DNA of 64,000 bases from an uncultured Gemmatimonadaceae bacterium (GCA_963843845.1 CAWJMB010000002.1:1024001-1088000); one strand, 5' to 3'. Counted from the stretch's first letter, positions 20,508 through 30,475 are shown. Made by a program: numbers and translations. Notes: a model not told the origin generated them from the letters alone.

Positions 20508-21439
20508 GCGCCCGGCGCGCCCGCCACGCGGGCGACGGAGGGCCGGGGCGGACGGTCACCCCGGCGCTGCTGCGCACGATGCCGCTCCCGCCGCTGCGCG
20601 CGGACGCGGACAAGGAGGCCCGCGGCCGGGTGCTCGTCGTCGGCGGCTGCACGCTCGTGCCGGGGGCCGTGCTGCTCGCCGGCGTCGCCGCGCTGCGCGC
20701 CGGGGCGGGGAAGCTGCAGCTCGCGACGGTGCGCGACGCGGCCATCGCGCTCGGGCTCGCGGTGCCGGAGGCGCTCGTCGTGCCGCTCGCGCAGACGCGG
20801 ACCGGGGAGATCGCCGGCGCGCGGGCGGCCGCCCCGCTGCGGCGCTATGCCGGCGACGCGAACGCGCTGCTCGTCGGCCCGGGGATGACCAGCGCCGCGT
20901 CCGCCCAGTCGCTGCTCGCCGCGCTCGTGCCGGCCCTCGGCCGCGAGACGACGCTCGTGCTCGATGGCGCGGGCGCGGTCGCGTTCGGCGCGTACGCCGC
21001 GTCGACGAGCGGCGCGACGCGGCTCGCGGCGCTCTCGGGGGGCGTCGTGCTCACGCCGCACGCCGGCGAGATGGCGTCGCTGCTCGACGTCGACAAGCGC
21101 GAGGTCGAGGCCGACCCGGCCGCCACCGCGCGCCACGCCGCCGCGCGCTACGGCGCCGTGGTCGCGCTCAAGGGCGCCGAGAGCTGGATCGCCACGCCGG
21201 ACGGCACGCTGCTGCGCTACCGCGACGGCGTGGTCGGACTCGGCACGTCGGGCTCCGGCGACACGCTCGCCGGCATCGTCGCCGGGCTGGCGGCGCGCGG
21301 CGCGACGCCGCTCGCGGCCGCCGTGTGGGGCGTGTGGGCGCACGGGTCCGCGGGGCGCGCGCTGGCGCGGCGCATGGCGACGGTCGGCTTCCTCGCGCGC
21401 GAGCTGCTCGCGGAAGTGCCGGCGCTCGTCGGGCGCTGA
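20504..21439 (+). CDS. nnrD: NAD(P)H-hydrate dehydratase (stand-alone YjeF C-terminal domain)
   Basis: KEARGRVLVVGG, ALRAGAGK, VGPG, LTPHAGEM, LKG, GSGDTLAG. Confidence 0.88.
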   Translation: MSARRARHAGDGGPGRTVTPALLRTMPLPPLRADADKEARGRVLVVGGCTLVPGAVLLAGVAALRAGAGKLQLATVRDAAIALGLAVPEALVVPLAQTRTGEIAGARAAAPLRRYAGDANALLVGPGMTSAASAQSLLAALVPALGRETTLVLDGAGAVAFGAYAASTSGATRLAALSGGVVLTPHAGEMASLLDVDKREVEADPAATARHAAARYGAVVALKGAESWIATPDGTLLRYRDGVVGLGTSGSGDTLAGIVAGLAARGATPLAAAVWGVWAHGSAGRALARRMATVGFLARELLAEVPALVGR

Positions 21440-21451
21440 CGCGTCGCGCCT

Positions 21452-21494
21452 GCACCCGCCCGGCACCCGCCCGGCACCTGCCCGGCACCCGCCG
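21452..21494. repeat. Tandem repeat, 4 x 11 bp (GCACCYGCCCG)
   Basis: gcacccgcccg gcacccgcccg gcacctgcccg gcacccgccg, intergenic. Confidence 0.8.
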
Positions 21495-21498
21495 TTCC

Positions 21499-22200
21499 GT
21501 GGCCGATCGCCCGTCGATCCTGTTCCTCCCGGGGCTGCTGTGCGACGCCCGCCTCTGGCGCGACCAGGTCGCCGGGCTCGCCGAGATCGCCGACGCGCGC
21601 GTCGCCGACCTCACGCTCGACACGAGCGTCGCCGCGATGGCCGAGCGGGCACTCGCGACGGCAGCGCCGCGCTTCGCGCTCGGCGCGCTCTCGATGGGCG
21701 GCTACGTCGCCTTCGAGATCCTGCGTCGGGCGCCCGAGCGGGTGACGCGGCTGGCGCTCGTCGCGACGAGCGCCAGCCCGGACACACCGGAGCGCGCGGT
21801 CCGCCGCCGCGCGGCGCTGTCGTCGTTGCGACACGGGCGGTTCGCCGGCGTGACGCGTCGCCTGCTGCCGCAGCTCGTGCACCCCGACCGGGTCGACACG
21901 CCGGTCGGCGACGCGGTGCGCGCGATGGCGGAGCGCGTGGGCGGCGAGGCGTTCGAGCGGCAGCAGACGGCGATCCTCGGGCGCCCCGACTCGCGACCGC
22001 TCCTCGCGTCGATCCGCGTGCCGACGCTCGTCGCCGTGGGAGACGCAGACGTGCTGACGCCGCCGGCCGAGTCGCGCGCGCTGTTCCGGGCGATCCCCGG
22101 CGCGTCGCTGCACGTGTTCGGGCGGTGCGGGCATCTTCCGGCGATGGAGCGGCCCGCGTCGACCACGGCGCTGCTCCGCGGCTGGCTCGCCGACGACTGA
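21499..22200 (+). CDS. Alpha/beta fold hydrolase
   Basis: LFLPGLLCD, ALSMGG, VGDADVLTP, CGHL; GTG start. Confidence 0.88.
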   Translation: MADRPSILFLPGLLCDARLWRDQVAGLAEIADARVADLTLDTSVAAMAERALATAAPRFALGALSMGGYVAFEILRRAPERVTRLALVATSASPDTPERAVRRRAALSSLRHGRFAGVTRRLLPQLVHPDRVDTPVGDAVRAMAERVGGEAFERQQTAILGRPDSRPLLASIRVPTLVAVGDADVLTPPAESRALFRAIPGASLHVFGRCGHLPAMERPASTTALLRGWLADD

Positions 22201-22329
22201 GCCGAGCCCCGAGCGTGCCGCCGCCGGCGTTGCCCACGATTCCGTCGCGCGTCCTGGTGAGCGGCGCCTCGCGTCGATCTCGCCGTGTGGTCCCCGCGGC
22301 TCGCGCCGTCCCGCCTTCGTCCGTCCCCT

Positions 22330-23505
22330 ATGGGTCAGTGGCCTGACCGCTTTCTCCACCCCGCGCTGCACGCCGACGCGGAGGTGCTCCGGCGCGCCCG
22401 ACTGACTGTCCTGCTCTCGCTGGTCCTGATCGGGGCGGCGGTCACGTACGCGTTGTTCTACGCCGTCGTGGTCGGCTACCCGGCAGGAGCGCTGGTACTC
22501 GCGACGGGCGCCGGCATCGCGACGACCGGGCCCGCACTCCTCCGGGTGCGCCCGTCGCTGCGGATCGCGGGGCTGATCGTGACCGGCACGCTCTACGGAG
22601 TGGTCCTCGCGCTCATGACCTGTGAGGGTGGGCTCCGGTCGCTCGCGACCCCGCTCCTCGCCATCCCGCCGATCCTCGCGACGATGCTGCTCGGCCGGAG
22701 CGGCGCGATCGGCGGAACGGCGATCGCCACGGTCACCGTCGTCGGATTCGGTGTCCTCGAAGCGCGCGGCATTCGCTTCCCGGTGCTGTATCCCGCTGCG
22801 TGGGAAGCGTCCATGAGCGTCGGGAGCCCGGTCGGGCTGGTCGTGTGCAGCGGGCTGCTGCTGCTCGTCTTCGAGAACATGCGCGCCGGAGCGCAGGCGC
22901 GTGCCGACACCGCCACGGCGGCGCTGGCGCGCATGGCGTACCACGATGCCCTCACCGGGCTCGCCAATCGCGCCCGCTTCCTGGAGTGCCTGCTGCAGGC
23001 GTTGACGCGGGCGCACGCGGCGGAGGATCCCGGGCGGGTGGCCGTGCTGCTGCTCGACCTCGACGGCTTCAAGGCCGTGAACGACACGATGGGCCACGCG
23101 GCGGGCGACGCGCTGCTCGTGCAGGTGTCCGACCGACTGCTCAACGCGACACGCGGGTGCGATACCGTCGCGCGCCTCGGCGGCGACGAGTTCGCCGTGC
23201 TCCTCGACGGCATGCAGCACGACGCCGAGGTGAGCGTCATGGCGGAGCGGATCATGAGCGCGCTCGGGCGGCCGTTCGCGGTCGCGGGTAGGGAAGCGAG
23301 GGTGGGCACGAGTCTCGGCATGGCGCGCGCGAGCGATGCGGCCGGGATCCCGGCGTCGGCGGGGCCCGCCGCTCTCGAGGGAGCCGTCGCCGCGGTGTTG
23401 CACCACGCAGACGTCGCGATGTACCGCGCCAAGGCGCTCGGCCGCGGGCGCTACGTGCGCTTCGAGGCAGGCATGTTCTCGCCGCCGCCGGCCGCCGCCG
23501 CCTGA
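22330..23505 (+). CDS. Membrane-bound diguanylate cyclase (GGDEF)
   Basis: About 6 hydrophobic segments then YHDALTGLANR, DLDGFKAVNDTMGHAAGD, RLGGDEF, ADVAMYRAK. Confidence 0.93.
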   Translation: MGQWPDRFLHPALHADAEVLRRARLTVLLSLVLIGAAVTYALFYAVVVGYPAGALVLATGAGIATTGPALLRVRPSLRIAGLIVTGTLYGVVLALMTCEGGLRSLATPLLAIPPILATMLLGRSGAIGGTAIATVTVVGFGVLEARGIRFPVLYPAAWEASMSVGSPVGLVVCSGLLLLVFENMRAGAQARADTATAALARMAYHDALTGLANRARFLECLLQALTRAHAAEDPGRVAVLLLDLDGFKAVNDTMGHAAGDALLVQVSDRLLNATRGCDTVARLGGDEFAVLLDGMQHDAEVSVMAERIMSALGRPFAVAGREARVGTSLGMARASDAAGIPASAGPAALEGAVAAVLHHADVAMYRAKALGRGRYVRFEAGMFSPPPAAAA

Positions 23506-23550
23506 TCGCCCGACCGGAATGACGTCGAAGCACGAGGTGGGTCGGCGGCG

Positions 23551-24190
23551 GTGCGTCCGCCCTCCCGACGGCCCTCCCGCCGGCTGCTTCGCTGGGTGCT
23601 CCGGATCGCGGTGGCGATCGTCGCGATGGCTGTCGTCGGCGGGAGCGCGCTCTGGCTGATCGCGCGCCCCGTCCTGGGTCGTCCGGTGCAGGGCGCGCGG
23701 CTGGCCCGCGCCGCCCGCGCGCCGCGGTGGCGCGACGGCCGGTTCGACTGTGGCAGGAGGCGCGGCTCGGCGACCGGAATCGCACGCTCTGGGCGGGGCG
23801 GGCGATCACGAGCCCATCGCACCGCGTGGTCTACAGCGGCGACACGGCGCTCCAGGACGAGTTCGCCGACATCGGCGCGCGGCTCGGGCCGGAGCAGGCC
23901 GTGCTGGCGCACCGGCTCGTTCGCGGCGACGTCATGCTGCCCGTGTACTGGGGGCTGTTCGATCTCGCGCTGCACGCCTGGACGGAGCCGATGGAGCGCG
24001 GCCTCGTCGCGGCGGACTCGCAGGGCGTGCGGGTCGCGTCGCCCCGCCCCGGCGACATGGTGGAGCCCGCGTCGCCGGCGCCCCCGACGCGGTGGTGGCC
24101 GCGCATCCCGTGGAAGACCGCCGCCGCAGCGCCGGCGTGGTCGAGTGGCGTCGGGCGCCTGCTCGGGCGAGGCGGACCGCGCTTCCCTGA
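23551..24190 (+). pseudogene. Internally deleted metallo-beta-lactamase-fold hydrolase (RomA/NAPE-PLD-like); end approximate
   Basis: N-terminal TM and RWRDGRF joined out of frame to RNRTLWAG...YSGDT...PVYWGLFDLALHAWTEP; no HxHxDH. Confidence 0.75.
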
Positions 24191-24214
24191 CGGCGCCCGG
24201 CCCGCGCAGCCCGC

Positions 24215-24962
24215 TCAGCCGGCTCCGTTCATCCGCGCGAAGATCTCGTCGAAGGCGGCGTGCGCCGCGGCGGCGCGCGGCTGCGCGGTGCCGTAGGCGA
24301 TCTCCTCCTCGCCGGCCGCGAGGCGCGCCACGACCTCGTCGGCGAACGGCTCGAGCGGCGCGCCCATGGTCGTGCAGGCCCACGCCGCCGAGATCCGTGT
24401 TCACCGCGGGCGGGATGATCTCGATCACGCGCACGCCGCTGCCCGCGAGCTGGTGGCGCAGCGAGAGCGTGAACGAGTGCAGTGCCGCCTTCGTCGCCGA
24501 GTAGACCGGCGCGGCCACGTACGGCGCGAACGAGAGGCCCGAAGTGACGTTGACGATCGCGCCGCGCCGCGCGCGGAGGTGCGGGAGCAGCGCGAGCGCG
24601 AGATGGATCGGTGCGTCGACGTTGATCGCGATCTCCTGTCGCGTCTCGCTCCACGGCTCCGGCTCGTCGAGGCGGATGCGGCGCTGCACGCCGGCGTTGT
24701 TCACGAGGACGTCGAGCGTCGGGTGCTCGGTCACGACCCACTCGACGAGCGCGGCGCGGTGGTCCTCGCGCGCCAGGTCGCAGACCCGTGTCACCAGGCC
24801 GGGGTGGGCGGCCGCAGCGTCGCGCAGCGCGGACACGCGTCGGCCGCACACGATCACGCGGCCGCCGGCGGCGAGGAAGCGCGACGCGAGGGCGAGCCCG
24901 ATGCCCGTCGCGCCGCCGGTGACGAGGATGGTGCGGGCGCCGAGGTCGAGCGGAGTGGTCAT
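24215..24962 (-). CDS. SDR family oxidoreductase, DltE-like (frameshift near 24365)
   Basis: TGGATGIG, LVNNAG, YSATK, IEIIPPAVNTDL. Confidence 0.9.
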
Positions 24963-25152
24963 GGGGGTGGGTCGGTGGTGGGGCGTCGCCGCGTCGGAGA
25001 TCTCCGCGGCACCAGTCTCCCGCTCGCGCAGCTCGTCGGTCCGGATCCCCGTCGGCGCGGCAGGACCGCCGACGAGATGCCAGGGGCGCGACGAGCACGA
25101 CACGAGTCGCGGGTCAGCGCCGTAGGGCTCGGGATCTCTGACCCACAGAACA

Positions 25153-26289
25153 ATGCACACAGACGCGGCGTCAGGGCGACGCGTGCCACGCTGGTGGGCG
25201 CGCTGCCTGGTACTGATCGCTGGGACCGTCGGTCCGACGCGTGCGGAGGCGCACGAGGGCTGGGGCATCGTCCGGGACCGCCTGGGGCGGGTCTATGTCG
25301 CCGACATTGCCGCCAACACCGTGTGGATGCTCTCGGGCAACGGCCGTCTCGACCCCGTGCTCCGCGACGTCCACACGCACGCGCTGGTGGTCCACGGCGA
25401 CGGCCGCGTGTACGGGACGGACGTGTCCAACACCGCGCGCAGCCTCTGGCGTCTCGAGGGGGCAGGCCGGACGTCGGTGGTGGTGCCCCCGTCGGCCGGT
25501 TTTCCGCTCGACCTGCAGAGCCTCGCCGTGGACGCGAGCGGCCGTGTGTATTCGGGGACGCCGTACCAGCCGTACGCGGATCGGGGGCGACGGACCCTGT
25601 ATCTGCTCCGCTGGTCCCGCGCGGGCGCCGTCGACACGCTGGCAGGCGGCCTGCTCGGCCACTCCGACGGGGTGGGGCGCGCGGCGCGCTTCCAGGAGCT
25701 GCTCGGGATGGCCTGGCTCAGCGACGGGAGCCTCGCCGTGGTCGACGGGCCCTACGTGCGCCGCGTCGATGCCGATGGCGGCGTGACGACGCTGGCCGGT
25801 CCGCTCACGCGGCCGCGCTTCGGGCAGGCGCTGATGGGGCTCACCGCCTCCGGCGATGGCAGTGTCCTCGTGGCCGACTTCGCGGGGCGACGCGTGCAGC
25901 GGCTCCGGGGAGGGGCCGCGGAGGTCGTCGTTCCGCGCACGGGCTGGTTCTGGGCGCCGACCGGCGCGCTCCAGACGGAGCGGGGGATCTACGTGCTCGA
26001 GCATCCACGTGCGCCGCTCGGCATCCTCGGCGACTTGCGGGTCGGACCGTACCTCCGGCTTCGCGTCGTGGAGGCGGAGGGAGCGTCGCGCGTGCTCGCA
26101 CGGCGGTGGGGGGATCGGTCCACCGCGGCAGCCATGGCAGCGGCGTCGGCCACCTTCGGCATCGCGGCCCTCGGGATCCTGCGACGGCGCCGCCGACGCC
26201 GGTCGGGCTCCCGACAGGGCGGCGGTCGACTGTCGAGCCGGCGCACGCTGCCGGTCGAGACGCCGTTGGGCCGTGCGGCAGGGAGCTGA
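25153..26289 (+). CDS. Secreted or membrane-anchored beta-propeller (NHL/SMP-30-like) protein
   Basis: Signal peptide ending AEA; repeats GRVYVAD, GRVYGTD, GRVYSG, GSVLVAD; C-terminal hydrophobic segment plus Arg run. Confidence 0.65.
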   Translation: MHTDAASGRRVPRWWARCLVLIAGTVGPTRAEAHEGWGIVRDRLGRVYVADIAANTVWMLSGNGRLDPVLRDVHTHALVVHGDGRVYGTDVSNTARSLWRLEGAGRTSVVVPPSAGFPLDLQSLAVDASGRVYSGTPYQPYADRGRRTLYLLRWSRAGAVDTLAGGLLGHSDGVGRAARFQELLGMAWLSDGSLAVVDGPYVRRVDADGGVTTLAGPLTRPRFGQALMGLTASGDGSVLVADFAGRRVQRLRGGAAEVVVPRTGWFWAPTGALQTERGIYVLEHPRAPLGILGDLRVGPYLRLRVVEAEGASRVLARRWGDRSTAAAMAAASATFGIAALGILRRRRRRRSGSRQGGGRLSSRRTLPVETPLGRAAGS

Positions 26290-26361
26290 ACGCACCGCGG
26301 AGGGCGCGACGGGTGACGCGACACCGTCGTGCGGCCGAGCGTGGTGTGCGATGAGGGTGCG

Positions 26362-26661
26362 TCAGCCGTCGGTCGTTGCCCGGGGAGGAGGCGTTCGCAT
26401 GGCTGCGCCCTGAAGACGTACGAGCGCCCACGCGGCGTGCTCCCACACGAGGGGCTCCGGGTCGTCGAGCGCGCGCGTGACTACGTCGGTGTGGTCCGCC
26501 GTGCCGATGTTCCCCAGCACCAGCGCCGCGTCGCGCTTCAATCCGCGCAGCTTCGCGCGCTCCATCGGCGAGCCCTTGAACGCGGCACTGAACTCCGGCT
26601 GCGACATGGCTGACAGCTCGCGCGCGAACCGCACGTTCCACGGCACCCGTCCTGAGACGTC
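26362..26661 (-). pseudogene. Decayed duplicate of the queG 3' end
   Basis: PWNVRF-ARELSAMSQPEFSAAFKGSPMERAKLRGLKRDAALVLGNIGT...ALDDPEPLVWEHAAWAL aligns by eye to the queG C-terminus at 27576-27915. Confidence 0.9.
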
Positions 26662-26785
26662 TGGCGGTATACCCGTTTCGTGATCTCTCTCCGGACCGGG
26701 AGCCGAACGCTCGGCATGTCAGAGGCTTGGGCATCTCTAGCCGGGCGGTCCCCGATTGCCGTCCGTTCACCGCGCCGGTAGCATT

Positions 26786-26804
26786 CCTGTCCAGTCTGGA
26801 TAGG
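26786..26804. promoter_or_regulatory. Palindromic candidate operator of the toxin-antitoxin operon
   Basis: cctgTCCAGtCTGGAtagg, 37 bp upstream of the antitoxin ATG. Confidence 0.55.
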
Positions 26805-26841
26805 TTTCGGAGTTTTCGACGACGTGGCGTGCGGAGGATAG

Positions 26842-27126
26842 ATGGACACGTGGACGCTCGAGAAGGCGAAGAATGGGTTCAGCGAGGTAGTACGACGGGC
26901 GCTGGACCATCAGCCGCAACTGGTCACGCGCGGCCGGCGTGGCGACGATGCCGTCGTCGTCATTGCGCGATCCGACTACGAGCGGCTCGTCGCGCCGACG
27001 AATCTCGTCGATTTCCTCCGTGACTCCCCGCTCGCCGAGGTGATCGCTGAGGGCGCCGCCGGTACTTCGGGACGCACCAATCCATTCGAGCGGCCGCGCG
27101 ACCTCGGTCGAAACGTCGAGTTCTGA
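26842..27126 (+). CDS. Phd/YefM family antitoxin
   Basis: WTLEKAKNGFSEVVRRA...PQLVTRG...VVVI; GGAGGA RBS. Confidence 0.92.
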   Translation: MDTWTLEKAKNGFSEVVRRALDHQPQLVTRGRRGDDAVVVIARSDYERLVAPTNLVDFLRDSPLAEVIAEGAAGTSGRTNPFERPRDLGRNVEF

Positions 27127-27144
27127 CAGAGGTCCCCAGCGCCG

Positions 27145-27579
27145 ATGCGTTACCTGCTGGACACGAACGTGATCTCGGAGCTCGTGCGGCCGTCGCCCAC
27201 GGCCAGCGTCGTCGAGTGGGTACGTGTACAGTCCGCTCTCGATCTGACGCTCAGTGTGCTCACGCTCGGCGAGGTGGAGACGGGCATCCGTAACCTCGCC
27301 GACGGGGCGCGTCGGGATCGTCTGACGCGCTGGGCGCGGACCGAGCTGCCAGCGCAGTTTCTCGGTCGGCTGCTCCCCGTAGATCAGGAGATTGCCGTCG
27401 CGTGGGGCGAACTGACTGCAGCCGCCCAAGCCGCCGGCCGCCCGCTCCCGGCGATAGACGGTCTGCTGCTCGCCACCGCCGGAGCGCACGGGCTGACGCT
27501 CGTCACGCGTAACGTCTCGGACTGCGGCGGGCGCGGAATCCCGGTGTTCGATCCCTGGACGGGCACGCTGCACCGTTAG
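27145..27579 (+). CDS. vapC: VapC family PIN-domain toxin
   Basis: YLLDTNVISE, TLGE, DGLLLATA, LVTRNVSD. Confidence 0.95.
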   Translation: MRYLLDTNVISELVRPSPTASVVEWVRVQSALDLTLSVLTLGEVETGIRNLADGARRDRLTRWARTELPAQFLGRLLPVDQEIAVAWGELTAAAQAAGRPLPAIDGLLLATAGAHGLTLVTRNVSDCGGRGIPVFDPWTGTLHR

Positions 27580-28660
27580 GCGCGATCGAGTCGGTCGAGT
27601 GCCCACGCCGCATGCTGGGATACGATCGGCTCGTGATCGTCGAGGGCTTGTCGGAGCACGGGGAGGTCCTCCACGGTGCCGACGTTGCCGAGCACCACGG
27701 CGGCGTTGCGCTTCAGCCCCCGCAGCTTCGCGCGCTTCATGGGCGAACCCTTGAAGGCGCGGCTGAACTCCTCCTGCGACATGCCTAACAGTTCGTGCGC
27801 GAGCGTGCGCGCGTCCTTGCCCGCGACCGCCGGGCGCGCCGCGAACGGGGAGTCGTCAGGCAGCGCCTTCGAGAACCGCACGTTCCACGGGCACACGTCC
27901 TGGCACACGTCGCACCCGTACAGCCGCTCGCCCGTCAGCCGCCGCAGCGGGTCGGGGATCGCTCCCTTCGCCTCGATCGTGAGGTACGAGATGCACCGCG
28001 TCGCGTCGAGCACCCGCGGCGCGACGAAGGCGTCGGTCGGGCACGCGTCGAGGCAGCGCGTACACGTCCCGCAGCGGTCGGCCTCGAACGGCGCGTCTGG
28101 CGCCAGCTCGATGCCTAACAGCAGCGCGCCGAGGAAGAAGAACGAGCCGAGCGTCGGGTTGAGCAGCATCGTGTTCTTGCCGAACCAGCCGAGCCCCGCC
28201 CGCCGCGCGAGGTCGCGCTCGAGGATCGGCCCGGTGTCGACGTAGGCCTTGCCCGCGATCGGCCGGCCGGCGTGCGCCGCGATCGCCTCGTGCAGCGCGC
28301 CGCAGCCGCTCGACCATCACGTCGTGATAGTCGGCGCCGCGCGCGTAGCGCGCGACCGGCCCCGCCGGCTCGCGCCCGCCGTAGCTCATGCCGACGACGA
28401 CCGCGCTCGCGACCCCCTCGTACGGCGCGCGCGTGTCGCGCCGCTTCTCCGCGCCGCGCGCGAGCCACGGCGCCATCTCCCCCGCATACCCCTCGGCCAG
28501 CCACGCCTCGAACGCGCCGGCGGTCTCCACCGCACCGAGCGTCGTGATGCCGACGAGGTCGAAGCCGAGGCCGTAGGCCTGCGCCTTCGCGAATGCCTCG
28601 AGCGAGCAGCGCCGCGGGCGCCGCGGGCGCCGCGGGCACGTCGGCGACCGCCGGACTCAC
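27576..28660 (-). CDS. queG: tRNA epoxyqueuosine(34) reductase (frameshifts near 28305 and 28600)
   Basis: GFDLVGI, ARYARGADYH, YVDTGPILER, CGTCTRCLDACP, CISYLTIE, GCDVCQDVCPWN, HEAT-like tail. Confidence 0.93.
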
Positions 28661-28905
28661 CGCTGACGCCCGATCCAGCGCGCGTAGCGGATCACGTCCT
28701 CCGCCGGCGGGATCGCCTCCTCGTCGCCGTACGCGGTGTACATCCGCCACCGCACGTACTCCGGCGGCGGCAGCGGGAGGAACGGGGCTTGCCGCCACCA
28801 GCCGCGCATCCGGAATCGCCACGCGACGCGCAGCAGGTCGACCGCGAGCGGCGGCCAGACGAGCGCGCGCGGAGCGAGCGTGAGCACGAGACGGAGCCAG
28901 CGCAT
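28657..28905 (-). CDS. Hypothetical protein (82 aa)
   Basis: WWRQAPFLPLPPPEYVRWRMYTAYG; stop overlaps the queG GTG. Confidence 0.75.
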   Translation of the reverse strand: MRWLRLVLTLAPRALVWPPLAVDLLRVAWRFRMRGWWRQAPFLPLPPPEYVRWRMYTAYGDEEAIPPAEDVIRYARWIGRQR

Positions 28906-28927
28906 CCACGAATCTCACGGAGCCCGC

Positions 28928-29173
28928 ATGCTCTATCAACTCATCTCGCTCGTCGGCGCGGCGATGATCCTCGCCGCGTACGTCGCACTCCAGCGCGGCT
29001 GGCTCGCCAAGGAGGCGCGGCTCTTCAACGCGCTCAACTTCGTCGGCAGCGTGCTGCTGACCGTCGTCGCGGTCGTCGACCGGCGGTGGGGGTTCATCAT
29101 CCTCGAGGGGAGCTGGGCGCTCCTCTCGCTCTGGCCGCTGCTCCGGCCGCCCACCGCAGCCCCGCGCGGCTGA
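28928..29173 (+). CDS. Small membrane protein (CBU_0592-like)
   Basis: Three hydrophobic segments; LNFVGS...GFIILEGSWAL. Confidence 0.8.
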   Translation: MLYQLISLVGAAMILAAYVALQRGWLAKEARLFNALNFVGSVLLTVVAVVDRRWGFIILEGSWALLSLWPLLRPPTAAPRG

Positions 29174-29191
29174 CGCGCCCGGCCGCCGCCG

Positions 29192-30475
29192 TCACTGCTT
29201 CGCGTACGACTCCAGATCCAACCCGAGCAGCAGCGTCGCCGCGACGAGCACGCCGAGATGAAGAACGGCACCCCGACCCCGAAGTGGTCGAACGTGAAGC
29301 CGGCGATCACCGGGTAGATCGCGCGCGACGCGCCGCCGAACGTCTGCTGCACGCCCATGTACAGCCCGCGCTCGTCGTTCGAGATGACGCGCGAGAGGAG
29401 GGCGGTCACGCACGGAAAGGTGAACGCCGCGCCGAGCGGCATGAGCGCCACGGCGATCGCGAGCTGCCAGTACTCGCGACGTCAGCGGCAGCAGTCCGAG
29501 CCCCGCCGCCATGAGCACGAGCCCGACGCGCGAGAGCTTGCGCCTCGCCGAGCCAGTCGACGAGCTTGCCGAGGAAGACGGCGCGCGTCACGACCGAGAT
29601 GACGCCGACGTACATGAAGAAGTAGCCGATGGTCGTCGCCGTCACGCCGTAGCGCACCGCGAGGAAGAGTGCGAGGATCGAGTTCACGCCCTGGAACGCG
29701 CCGATCGACACCGCGTAGATCCAGATCAGCCGCGACGCCGGCTCCGCCGAGTGCGTGACGACGCGCGCCACCGCCGACCTCGACGTCCGCCGCCCCTTCG
29801 AGCTCTGTCGCCGACGCCGTCGTGCGACTCGGTGAGGTAGATGCTCGCGAACGCGATGTTCATGACGCACAGCGCCGCCGCGACGAGTCCCGGGCCCGGC
29901 GCTCCCGACCCCGAGCGTCAGCGAGCCGAGCACCGGGCCCAACGCGACGCCGGCGTTCGTCGCCGCCGACAGCCAGCCGAGGCTCTTCGCGCGGTCCTGC
30001 GGGCGCGTCGCGTCGGCGACGTAGGCCTGGATGACGCCGACCGTGCCGCCGCCGGCGCCCTGCACGAGACGCGACAGGAAGAGCAGCCAGAGCGATGTTC
30101 GCGAACGCGAAGATGACGTACGCGATCGCCGACGGCGACGAGCGCGATCATGAGCGCCGGGCGGCGGCCGAACTTGTCGGAGAAGCGTCCCCAGAGCGGC
30201 GCGCTCGCGAGCTGCGCGACCGTGAAGGCCGAGACGAGCAACGCCGTGATCTGGCCGACGCCGAGGTGGTAGTTGCCGAGGAACGGGAGGTGAATCCGTC
30301 GCCGCCGAGCCGCTTCACGTAGAACGGCAGCTGCGGGATGATCATCAGCACGCCGACCATGTCGATGAACGCCGTGATCATCAGCACGACCAGCTTGCCG
30401 ACCGTCGCCGGCTCCCCCGCATTCGGCGTCGGGGGCGCGTATCCGGCCGGGACGTTCGTCGACGCGGTCGCTCAT
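29192..30475 (-). CDS. MFS transporter, TetA/DHA1-like (multiple frameshifts)
   Basis: FIDMVG...PQLPFY, APLWGRFSDKFGRRP, QAYVADAT, GVALGPVLG, ERGLYMGVQQ. Confidence 0.88.

Noticed and set aside
27575..27581. GTTAGGC at the vapC/queG junction as an integron attC or attI core
   Set aside because: No paired RYYYAAC...GTTRRRY hairpin at cassette spacing, no intI, and the same heptamer occurs inside many core genes.
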